In this document: piece by piece, positions 56,643-64,000 of the stretch | How positions within the stretch are numbered: position 1 is the first letter of the stretch | Layout of the letters: the number at the start of each line of letters is the position of its first letter | Source of the DNA: Candidatus Bathyarchaeia archaeon | GTDB taxonomy: Archaea > Thermoproteota > Bathyarchaeia > Bathyarchaeales > Bathycorpusculaceae | Direction: 5' to 3' | DNA length: 64,000 nucleotides | Assembly: GCA_038883775.1 (NCBI GenBank) | Contig: JAVZLM010000003.1 | Span: 116,397 to 180,396 of the forward strand | Program-made: the position numbers and the translations under genes | The notes under the pieces: generated by a model | The model's database searches: none | What the model was told of the DNA's origin: nothing | What the model saw: only the letters and a program-made list of their open reading frames with translations

Positions 56643-56996
56643 ATGCCAAAATTTTCTCGTCCATTTTCCATAACCCGAAAAATCGCCCAACTAAAAGAAA
56701 AATTCAAAATTGACACCCAAAAGATTAGGGAGAAAATCCTCGAAGACCTCCAAGCCATCTTCGAAAACGCCGTCAGCATGGCAAAGGGCGAAACAACGGT
56801 AAACAAGGAAACATTAAACATAAAACAAAGACAAGCATGGGCCCGCGTAGCCGCCTACACAGCCCAAGTAATCCAAAGCATAGCAAAAGGCTTCGACGAA
56901 CGCCAAATAGACCAAGATTTGGCAAAACTGGAGGAACTCATAAATGAGGCAGCAGCAAAGACAAAAACTGCGCCAACTGGAACAGCGACTTGCTGA
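56643..56996 (+). CDS. Putative terminase small subunit
   Basis: Helical 117-aa protein overlapping the terL start; positional inference only. Confidence 0.5.
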   Translation: MPKFSRPFSITRKIAQLKEKFKIDTQKIREKILEDLQAIFENAVSMAKGETTVNKETLNIKQRQAWARVAAYTAQVIQSIAKGFDERQIDQDLAKLEELINEAAAKTKTAPTGTATC

Positions 56997-58380
56997 GACG
57001 CAAGAATCCTTCCAAATCCCAGAAGACCCAACGGAATTCTGCACAAGAATTTTGGGCTTCCAGCCAACCGCCTACCAAGAAGAACTCATAAGGCTTTTCC
57101 AAACAAACCAGTTTGTAGCCGCCAGGTGGTGCCGCCAAAGCGGAAAAACCCAAACAATAAGCGCACTACTCCTATGGCATGCACTAAAAAACCCAAAAAG
57201 CCATATTGGCGTTGTGGGTCCAAGCTGGCGCCAAACAAAACTTGTCATACGAAGAATTAACACTTTTTTGCGGAAATTACCCAAAAACTGGTACCAAAAA
57301 CCCCTACACACAATGGTTAGACTCACCAACGGTAGCCTAATCGAAGCCTTCCCAAACAATCCCGAAACCATCCGCGGACCAACACTAGACTTGGTTTACT
57401 GCGACGAAATGAACTTCATAGCAAAAGACGAAGAACTATACGACGCTGTACTTTTCACACTTGGCACAACAAACGGAAAATTCATCTGCACGTCAACCCC
57501 GTGGACAACAGACTCCATCTTCTACAAAATTTGGCACGACCAAGCTTTCAACGACTTCGCAAAAAGCCACGTCACATGGCAAGACGCTGTTGAGCCCAAA
57601 GGACCATTAAAACGCAAAATTTTAGCCAAAATTAAAAGACAGTTAGAAGGCGACCCTTGGCGTTGGCGCCGCGAAATGGAGGCCGAGTGGGCTGAAGACG
57701 AAAGCGTCTGGCTACCGCAAGCCTTAATCACAAGTTGCATTGACAGCCAACTTGAATATGCTAGTTTTGAAAAGGCGGTTATAGGCGAGTTTTATGCTGG
57801 TTTGGACCTTGGCAAACATCAGGATTATAGCGTTTTATCCATAGTGCAGATGGAAGATTCTTCTATAAAATTAATCTATATGCACCGTTTTCCACTGCAA
57901 ACCCCATATGCAAGCGTGATCGGTTATGTCAAAACCCTATGCGACCGTTGGCAAAAGATACGCAAAGTTTTGGTGGATATGACTGGTGTAGGCGATTATA
58001 TAGTTGAGGACATGGTGAATGCTGGAATAAGCGAAACAGAAGGCGTCAAGTTCACGCAGGAAACTAAGGAGGGGCTTGCTGAGTGGCTTAAAAGGTGCAT
58101 GACTGAGAAGAGGCTTAAGATTCCTTATGATGGCGAGTTGATTGCTGAGTTGAATGTTGAGCGTTTTGAATTGACGAAAGAGGGCAAAATAAAATTTAAT
58201 CATCCAGAGGGCACTCATGATGACCGTTTTTGGAGCCTAGCCTTGGCTTGTTATGCCACAAGAGGATGGAGCGCTGCTCAGCTTTGGGTTTTGCCACGTT
58301 TGGCTTTTGTTGGTAAGGCGAAGTTGGAGCGTTTGCGGAAGAAACTGTTGAAGCATTTGGTGGTTGGCGTTTTGAGATGA
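56944..58380 (+). CDS. Terminase large subunit
   Basis: YQ, WCRQSGKT (Walker A), TIRG, LVYCDE (Walker B), TSTP, GLDLGKHQDYS, VDMTGVG, HDD nuclease motifs. Confidence 0.93.
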   Translation: MRQQQRQKLRQLEQRLAETQESFQIPEDPTEFCTRILGFQPTAYQEELIRLFQTNQFVAARWCRQSGKTQTISALLLWHALKNPKSHIGVVGPSWRQTKLVIRRINTFLRKLPKNWYQKPLHTMVRLTNGSLIEAFPNNPETIRGPTLDLVYCDEMNFIAKDEELYDAVLFTLGTTNGKFICTSTPWTTDSIFYKIWHDQAFNDFAKSHVTWQDAVEPKGPLKRKILAKIKRQLEGDPWRWRREMEAEWAEDESVWLPQALITSCIDSQLEYASFEKAVIGEFYAGLDLGKHQDYSVLSIVQMEDSSIKLIYMHRFPLQTPYASVIGYVKTLCDRWQKIRKVLVDMTGVGDYIVEDMVNAGISETEGVKFTQETKEGLAEWLKRCMTEKRLKIPYDGELIAELNVERFELTKEGKIKFNHPEGTHDDRFWSLALACYATRGWSAAQLWVLPRLAFVGKAKLERLRKKLLKHLVVGVLR

Positions 58381-59810
58381 GAAGGCGTAAGCGAGAGTTT
58401 TTTAGGATTCGGCAGTTTAAGCGTCGTTATGATGCTCATGAAGGAAAGTTTGTGATTAATATTGCTTATGAGACTGCTGCTGTGGCGACGCCTCGGACTT
58501 TGGCGGTTGCTGAGGCTTTTGGTTTGGGTTTGGATGAGCATAAGCGGTTTATACTTTATGATGATGTGGAGTTGAAGATTGGCGAAAGAGACATTGTTTA
58601 TATTACTGGGGAGAGTGGTTCCGGCAAAAGCGTCTTGCTGAGGGCTTTGAGGCGTGATTTGGGCGATAGCGCTATTGACTTGGCTGAGATTCAGCCAGAA
58701 GCGGATAAGCCTTTGATTGATACTGTTGGCAGAAGCTTCACTGAAGGTTTGGAATTGCTTAGTCGGGCGGGTTTGAATGATGCTTTTCTTTTTGTTAGGC
58801 GTTTTAGCGAATTAAGCGATGGGCAGAAGTATCGTTATAAAATTGCTAAGCTTATGGAAAGCAATAAACAATGGTGGTTTGCTGACGAGTTTTGTAGCGT
58901 TCTTGACCGTGATATGGCTAAGATTGTGGCTTTTAACCTCCAAAAAGTTGCGAGGCAATTGGGTAGAGCGGTTGTTGTGGCTACTACGCATTTGGACTTG
59001 TTTGAGGATTTGAAGCCTTCCGTGCATATTCATAAGCGTTTTGGAAGAGAAATAACTGTGAATTATTATGGGAATGAGCCAGCAAGGGAGTGTAGCCTAG
59101 TAAGGGAGATGAGGGTTGAAGAGGGCGATTTTAGCGATTATAAGCGGTTAAGCGCTTTTCATTATCGTTCAAGCAGGTGTCCGCCTCCGCGTAAGGTTTT
59201 TGTTTTGAAGCGTGATAGCGAATTGTGTGGGGTTATTGTTTACAGTTTTCCGCCGCCTATATGTTTTGGGCGTAGTAGGGTTTGGAGGGGCAGCTTTTCG
59301 GAGTTGCAGAGGGATTTTAGCCTTATATCGCGGGTTGTTGTGCATCCGAAATATCGTTCTATTGGTTTGGGCGTGAAGCTTGTTAGGGAAACTTTAGCCA
59401 TGGCGGGGACGCCTTTTGTTGAGGCTTTGGCTGTTATGGCGCGGTATAACCCATTCTTTGAGAGGGCTGGAATGCAGAAAATAGCCGAAAGCAAGCCAAG
59501 CGAAGGAATTTTGTGGGCTTTGGATAGGCTTCGCCTTTTAGGTTTTAATCCAGCCATGCTTGGAAGCACAGAACAGAATCTATCAGCCATCAGGCGGGTT
59601 GGGAAAGCTAAAATCATAAAAATTTTATTGAAACTTTCGGAGCGTGAAGCGTCTGTGAGGAAAAGGCTTATGGCTGGTGGCGGAGCATATCCAACCCATG
59701 AAGAGTTTATGGCGAAAGTTAGAGGGTTTAGCGAAGAGGGCTTGGCTAAAGCGTTAAAGACGCTTGGTTTTTTGGCACAAACAAAAGTCTACTTATTCTG
59801 GAGAAAATAA
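58377..59810 (+). CDS. ABC-type ATPase fused to a C-terminal GNAT acyltransferase
   Basis: GESGSGKS, LSDGQKYR, ADEF, ATTH; then ISRVVVHPKYRSIGLG and MARYNPFFERAGM. ATGA overlap with terL. Confidence 0.88.
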   Translation: MRRRKREFFRIRQFKRRYDAHEGKFVINIAYETAAVATPRTLAVAEAFGLGLDEHKRFILYDDVELKIGERDIVYITGESGSGKSVLLRALRRDLGDSAIDLAEIQPEADKPLIDTVGRSFTEGLELLSRAGLNDAFLFVRRFSELSDGQKYRYKIAKLMESNKQWWFADEFCSVLDRDMAKIVAFNLQKVARQLGRAVVVATTHLDLFEDLKPSVHIHKRFGREITVNYYGNEPARECSLVREMRVEEGDFSDYKRLSAFHYRSSRCPPPRKVFVLKRDSELCGVIVYSFPPPICFGRSRVWRGSFSELQRDFSLISRVVVHPKYRSIGLGVKLVRETLAMAGTPFVEALAVMARYNPFFERAGMQKIAESKPSEGILWALDRLRLLGFNPAMLGSTEQNLSAIRRVGKAKIIKILLKLSEREASVRKRLMAGGGAYPTHEEFMAKVRGFSEEGLAKALKTLGFLAQTKVYLFWRK

Positions 59811-60007
59811 ACATTTTTTGGTGCAAAAACACGCCAATACAGACCCTACCTCTAAATTTTCTGCAATTCCGTCTCCAAAGAGAGTATTAAATTTTATACC
59901 CAAACTTTCGTATACATACAATCATGTTCTCCAACAATATAGAACATGTTTACTGGCAATAGGATTTATGTAAATTCTAAATTAAAGAAAAAAGAGAAAA
60001 TGTATGC

Positions 60008-60667
60008 CTATTCTGGTATTTTCCATATGATTACACGAACATATGCACATTCATCGCTATGTGCATATCTTGTAACCATGATATAGTCTCTCGTTAGTTG
60101 ACTCCACCATGCTCCACCCCACCAAGTTCCACTATTTTGTCCTCCATACCAATGGTGATTTATGTTGCTTCCAACCCTGTCATTGGAAAAAACAAGATAT
60201 ACTATCACGTTGGTCGTATTCAAATGGTGGTCAAATCTCCAAGGAATATCTGGTTGTAAATATTGCCATCCCCCTACTTCTGGGTCTTCAAAGCTGTCAT
60301 AATCTGGTTTTCCTAATTTAGTAGCATTTAGAATGGCGATTTCAGTTTCTAACTCTGATATTCTGGCTTGTTGTTCAGCAATTATAGCTTCTAACGCAAG
60401 CAGTGAAGCATTTAAACTTTCCATTTTCTCTAATACTTCGAGTAGTAGCTGTGTTTTGTTTATTGGAGTTCCCTTAGCGCCGTATATGCTTGTTAAGTAA
60501 ACCACATCATAAATATTTATGACTCCGTCATCGTTTAGGTCTCTCCAATGGTCATATTCAACTTGGCTTGTCGTCTGACTTCCACTCAACGGAGCAAAAG
60601 CTAAACTTAATATTAAAACACTAAACAATAATGCTATCAAATAATTTTTCATGTTCACAACATTCAC
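60008..60667 (-). CDS. Secreted protein with dockerin-like EF-hand loop and coiled coil
   Basis: Signal peptide; DLNDDGVINIYDVV...YG; heptad repeat segment. Confidence 0.72.
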   Translation of the reverse strand: MNVVNMKNYLIALLFSVLILSLAFAPLSGSQTTSQVEYDHWRDLNDDGVINIYDVVYLTSIYGAKGTPINKTQLLLEVLEKMESLNASLLALEAIIAEQQARISELETEIAILNATKLGKPDYDSFEDPEVGGWQYLQPDIPWRFDHHLNTTNVIVYLVFSNDRVGSNINHHWYGGQNSGTWWGGAWWSQLTRDYIMVTRYAHSDECAYVRVIIWKIPE

Positions 60668-60847
60668 CTCCTTTCTCCTTCTAGTTCTTAAAAATTATCA
60701 ATTAACCATTAAAACTTTTACCACGCACACCAAAAACCCAAAAGATAGAGAAAAAGAAGAGATATTTAATTGTTTAGTTGTATGATGCGTGGAATCCATG
60801 AAGGCTGTTCATTGCGTAAATATTTAGCAAATAAAAGAGCTTCTTCA

Positions 60848-61227
60848 TTAATCAAAGTTTCCATTCGCTGTTTTTGGTTTGCTGGTTTGGTGTAATACTT
60901 TTTCTATATAATATTTTCTTATTTTTTCTGGTGTTAATCCAGTTTCCCTTTCTATTTTTGGCAAGATTTCGCATCATAAAGCTATAACCGCTATCAATCT
61001 TCTTTTAAAATCTTTAACAGAAAAGTCTTCAATCCTCATTGCTTCTTTAATGAATTTTTTATAGTTTTTAGGAAGCCATTTTAGGCTGTAAGAGTGGTAG
61101 AGTCTCCATTTTGGCGCTGGCAAAAACTCCCTATTCAAAGCATAAACAACCCTAATTAGCAGTTCTACTGCATAGTTTAGGCAATAATGCGCAGAAACCA
61201 AATCACCCCGCTCAACCCAACATTTCC
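60848..61227 (-). pseudogene. Truncated gene fragment (nucleotidyltransferase-associated helical domain) with internal TGA
   Basis: WVERGDLVSAHYCL...YALNREFLPAPKW..., TGA at 60974-60976, then the frame continues CEILPKIERETGLT...; N-terminus missing. Confidence 0.55.
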
Positions 61228-61499
61228 TTTAGCTTATAAGCGCGTTTATGGTCTTCGCCAAATATTGTATGGACATTGGTTCCAACAGTAGCTTCCACCC
61301 TTAAAGACGCAATTTTTACATTCTGGTCTGTCAAAAAGTCTCGGTCTACTCAAGCCAAAATCACATTCCACTACAATATAATGAAACACTCACTTTTACT
61401 TTGCGCTCCCCACAAAAGTTTACTTAGCCTAAGAATTTTGAATCCATAAACTCTTTTGACTACGCCTAACCTATGCTATAAAATGGAGCAAGTGCGCTA

Positions 61500-61739
61500 A
61501 TGAAAGTGGAATCCGCAGCCATAGCCATCCTAACCCTATGCATATTCCTAACCTTCTACTTCTCATTCCTATCCCTCCAATCCCTAGACGAAAACATAAA
61601 AAAACAACTCGTAACCCTAGCCATATACTCAATCATAACAGGCATAATAATCCTAACAAGCCTAATAATCCACATAAGCATAAAAAAGGCGCTAACACCA
61701 ATCGAAACCCAACTAAGAAGCCACAAAAACCAAAACTAA
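61500..61739 (+). CDS. Small two-TM membrane protein
   Basis: Two hydrophobic helices; GGAG upstream. Confidence 0.55.
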   Translation: MKVESAAIAILTLCIFLTFYFSFLSLQSLDENIKKQLVTLAIYSIITGIIILTSLIIHISIKKALTPIETQLRSHKNQN

Positions 61740-61749
61740 TTATCTCTTG

Positions 61750-62193
61750 CTATTCTCTCTTTCGGCTTCTTTTCTCATAGGCTTCCTTCTGCTTAACATA
61801 TTCCGCATACTTTTCCAACAAATTCTTAATCTGCTGCTCAATAAACTCGTTAACACTTAAAAATGGCAACTCCATATCCCTAATCGCCTGCTGAACCTTT
61901 TCGCACTCTTCTCTCGGAATCTCTACATACTCATAATCCTCCCTTAAAAAGCGAAGCCTCCAACGGACAGCATCCCTAATAAACTCTTCTCGAGTAGTGA
62001 ATCCTAAGTGCTTATTCCTTTCAATAAAACTTTCAATTTCGTTTAGAAGTTCAGGAGGCAAAATCACAGACTGCGAAAGAAGACTTTCAATAGCATCAGT
62101 ATAAGTCTGCATCTTCATCGTTTGAGCTGTTAACTCGCCAAGCAAAGCCGTCAACCTCTGATGAGCATCATCCGAAATCCTCAAAGTCTTCAT
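61750..62193 (-). CDS. Multi-RHH DNA-binding protein
   Basis: KTLRISDDAHQRL; SVILPPELLNEIE...GFTTREEFIRDAVR; VEIP...FLSVNEFI. Confidence 0.78.
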   Translation of the reverse strand: MKTLRISDDAHQRLTALLGELTAQTMKMQTYTDAIESLLSQSVILPPELLNEIESFIERNKHLGFTTREEFIRDAVRWRLRFLREDYEYVEIPREECEKVQQAIRDMELPFLSVNEFIEQQIKNLLEKYAEYVKQKEAYEKRSRKRE

Positions 62194-62277
62194 TTAAACA
62201 CCAAAGTATAACTTGTAGGATAAGACTAATAAAGCTTTTCGGTATAATAAATATACAAAATACGCGAGGCATACGAT

Positions 62278-62436
62278 ATGAAACACCACATCGGCCTAAC
62301 AATAGACTCAAAACTCCTAAAAGAAATAGAAGAACTCAGAGGAAGAGAAAAACGCAGCACATTCATAGAACACCTAATAAGGCTCGGACTAAAAGCCTAC
62401 ACAAAAAACGAGGAAAAAAGCCCATGCAAAGTTTAA
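62278..62436 (+). CDS. Small RHH/CopG protein (not in ORF track)
   Basis: MKHHIGLTIDSKLLKEIEELRGREKRSTFIEHLIRLGL; divergent from the multi-RHH gene. Confidence 0.68.
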   Translation: MKHHIGLTIDSKLLKEIEELRGREKRSTFIEHLIRLGLKAYTKNEEKSPCKV

Positions 62437-62442
62437 CTATGC

Positions 62443-62817
62443 CTATTCTATGCCCCACTTTTTGGTTATTTTCACAAGTAAGAAAACGACAAAGGCAACA
62501 ATCAAGAAAGTTATTAGACTTCCAATAAAATGACCTATGCGAAACGGTCCAACCTCTATCAACTCCCATGCAACTCCAGGCGTGGCAAACTGCACAATAG
62601 GCATTATCAAATCATCCACTAACGCTTTAACCAAAGCGCCAAGATACAAACCGAGAATGAAAGCCACAGCCATCCCCAAAACCTTATACTTAGAAATAAA
62701 ATCTATAAACTCATTCCACAACCCCTTCTTCGGCGGCGGTGCAGGCGGCGCAGGTTTGGGTTCCAACAAAGCCTTAATTTCTTTCAAAACCTCCAATATT
62801 TCTTCATCTTTAGGCAC
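62443..62817 (-). CDS. mscL: Large-conductance mechanosensitive channel MscL
   Basis: EFIDFISKYKVLGMAVAFILG....LVKALVDDLIMP...IG.F...ITFLIVAFVVF. GTG start at 62817. Confidence 0.88.
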   Translation of the reverse strand: MPKDEEILEVLKEIKALLEPKPAPPAPPPKKGLWNEFIDFISKYKVLGMAVAFILGLYLGALVKALVDDLIMPIVQFATPGVAWELIEVGPFRIGHFIGSLITFLIVAFVVFLLVKITKKWGIE

Positions 62818-62941
62818 ACAATCACCAATCCCACTTTTATGTTGCAAAATACATTTAAGACTTGCTAAATGATAGGGCAGTTTCGAAAGCTTTAACAGCT
62901 CACAAACAAAACAACATATTGTAATTTGTGGAGGTGATTTT

Positions 62942-63115
62942 ATGTGTGAAAAAGAAAAGAAGAAGGAAGAAAAAGGCAAAGTTGAAGAAGCAGCAGAAAA
63001 AACAGGCGAAGCCGTTGGCAAAGGCGTAAAGAAAGGCTTCGGAATAGTAAAGGGCGTTGGAAAGGGCTTAATTAAAGGCGTCAAAGGCGAAGAAGAAAAG
63101 AAAAAAGAAAAATAG
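62942..63115 (+). CDS. Small Lys/Glu/Gly-rich protein (not in ORF track)
   Basis: GGAGGTGA RBS; MCEKEKKKEEKGKVEEAAEKTGEAVGKGVKKGFGIVKGVGKG... Confidence 0.65.
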   Translation: MCEKEKKKEEKGKVEEAAEKTGEAVGKGVKKGFGIVKGVGKGLIKGVKGEEEKKKEK

Positions 63116-63129
63116 GCAAAAGCCTCAAG

Positions 63130-63224
63130 TGGGCCGGGAGAGATTTGAACTCTCGACCTTTCGGTTTCTGCGCATCCACTGCGCCTATCAGCCGAACGCT
63201 CCAACCAAGCTGAGCTACCGGCCC
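63130..63224 (-). tRNA. tRNA-Ile(GAT) with a 20-nt intron at position 37/38 (63166-63185)
   Basis: GGGCCGG acceptor, TTCGG-CT-GAT-A|GGCGCAGTGGATGCGCAGAA|A-CCGAA, GAGAG-TTCAAAT-CTCTC T arm. Confidence 0.93.
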
Positions 63225-63309
63225 AACAACAAAATATAAACTCAGCAACCATTTTTAAGGATTTTCCGAAGCCCTTTTAATCAGTTATAGGCTAATGTCT
63301 TTTCGTGAA

Positions 63310-63388
63310 GGGTCCGTAGCCCAGCACGGATCAAGGCGCCGGCCTTCGGAGCCGGAGAACGTGGGTTCAAATCCCACCGGGCCCGCCA
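63310..63388 (+). tRNA. tRNA-Arg(TCG) with encoded CCA
   Basis: GGGTCCG/CGGGCCC acceptor, CCGGC-CT-TCG-GA-GCCGG anticodon arm, GTGGG-TTCAAAT-CCCAC. Confidence 0.95.
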
Positions 63389-63412
63389 CCTTTTGGGTTC
63401 AGAATAAAGGTG

Positions 63413-63973
63413 TTAACATGTCAAATTTTCTCGTTTGTGAACTATTTTTCTTGCCGCTTCAAGGATTTCCAAAGTTTGTTCTTTCTTTAGTTTATGTCTT
63501 TTTTCGCCTAACTCTTTTATGGCTGATTCTATGTCGGAAACTTCAATATAGCCCCTGCTTAGGCTTTCCAACAAGATAGTCCAAGTGTTCCATGCTTTAA
63601 GCCCAAACATCCTTGCAAGATTCGAAAGAGCCTTCTCATCAACCAAGACTTGGGCTTTTCTCTCCCTTGCAAACAATAGCGTCTCCGCATCCGTCAGCGA
63701 TATGTTTTCATCCAGAGCCAGCCTTTTGGAAGCCTTAGCTAAACGTTTTGGAAATTCTTCAACCTTAATCCATCCTTCTTCTATAGCTTTTCCAATTATC
63801 CTGGCATCGGAGTGACCGAGCTTGATGCCTTCGTCAACGGCTTCCCGCTTCACATTTGGAGTTATTATTACTTGGTTGAAAAGCTTCTTGAGAAGGTATA
63901 GCTTGTTTATTTGGGCTAAATGAATGAGCGGACCAGCATCAGAAACCACGGCTGGCAAAGGGGTTAATCTCAA
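63413..63973 (-). CDS. PIN-domain protein (DUF3368-like)
   Basis: VVSDAGPLIHLA.I..L.LL..LF...VKRE, DAE...A, VDE..AR. Confidence 0.85.
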   Translation of the reverse strand: MRLTPLPAVVSDAGPLIHLAQINKLYLLKKLFNQVIITPNVKREAVDEGIKLGHSDARIIGKAIEEGWIKVEEFPKRLAKASKRLALDENISLTDAETLLFARERKAQVLVDEKALSNLARMFGLKAWNTWTILLESLSRGYIEVSDIESAIKELGEKRHKLKKEQTLEILEAARKIVHKRENLTC

Positions 63974-64000
63974 TACTTCGCCTTCAAATATTCACGTATA

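Larger units (their letters stand above)
32684..59810. mobile_element. Head-tail (Caudoviricetes, HK97-fold, siphovirus-like) virion gene cluster: provirus remnant or domesticated GTA-like element
   Basis: Protease, decoration protein, MCP, portal, neck, tail tube, TAC, TMP, hub, fibres and terminase are all on the + strand. No integrase, att or replication genes recognised. Boundaries approximate. Confidence 0.85.

Noticed and set aside
60974-60976. Selenocysteine or readthrough at the in-frame TGA
   Set aside because: The gene also lacks its N-terminus; a TGG->TGA nonsense mutation in a decaying fragment is simpler.
62818-63579. Long N-terminal extension of mscL (to 63252) and ORF 63295-63579
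   Set aside because: Both run through tRNA genes and antisense to other genes, so they are spurious frames.
1-64000. CRISPR array, rRNA or IS transposase
   Set aside because: No regularly spaced repeats, rRNA-like segment or transposase motif was recognised.

Overview
Archaeal chromosome window, most consistent with Bathyarchaeia/TACK. This is an inference from the PEF-type sorting signals, DUF3227-like proteins, intron-containing tRNA and RpoH form. 1-32.6 kb is mostly metabolic and housekeeping genes: an SMC5/6-like ATPase, a B12 acyl-CoA mutase operon with an isobutyryl-CoA-mutase signature (F89/Q207), a type III PKS-like condensing enzyme (Cys->Ser) divergent from two thiolase+DUF35 pairs, a eukaryote-like two-domain Rpo5/RpoH, tldD/E, nrdR-nrdD-nrdG with candidate NrdR boxes, and a PAS/GAF two-component system. 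About 32.7-59.8 kb encodes an apparently intact HK97-type head-tail (siphovirus-like) morphogenesis gene set: protease, decoration protein, MCP, portal, neck, tail tube, a frameshifted tail chaperone, a 180-aa tape measure, hub, fibres and terminase. I found no integrase, att site or replication module. The gene order is scrambled and host-type surface, toxin-antitoxin and helicase genes are interleaved. This is the best candidate for an undescribed system: a domesticated, gene-transfer-agent-like particle. The window ends with mscL, tRNA-Ile(GAT, intron), tRNA-Arg(TCG) and a PIN gene. All assignments come from motif recognition by eye; no database searches were run.
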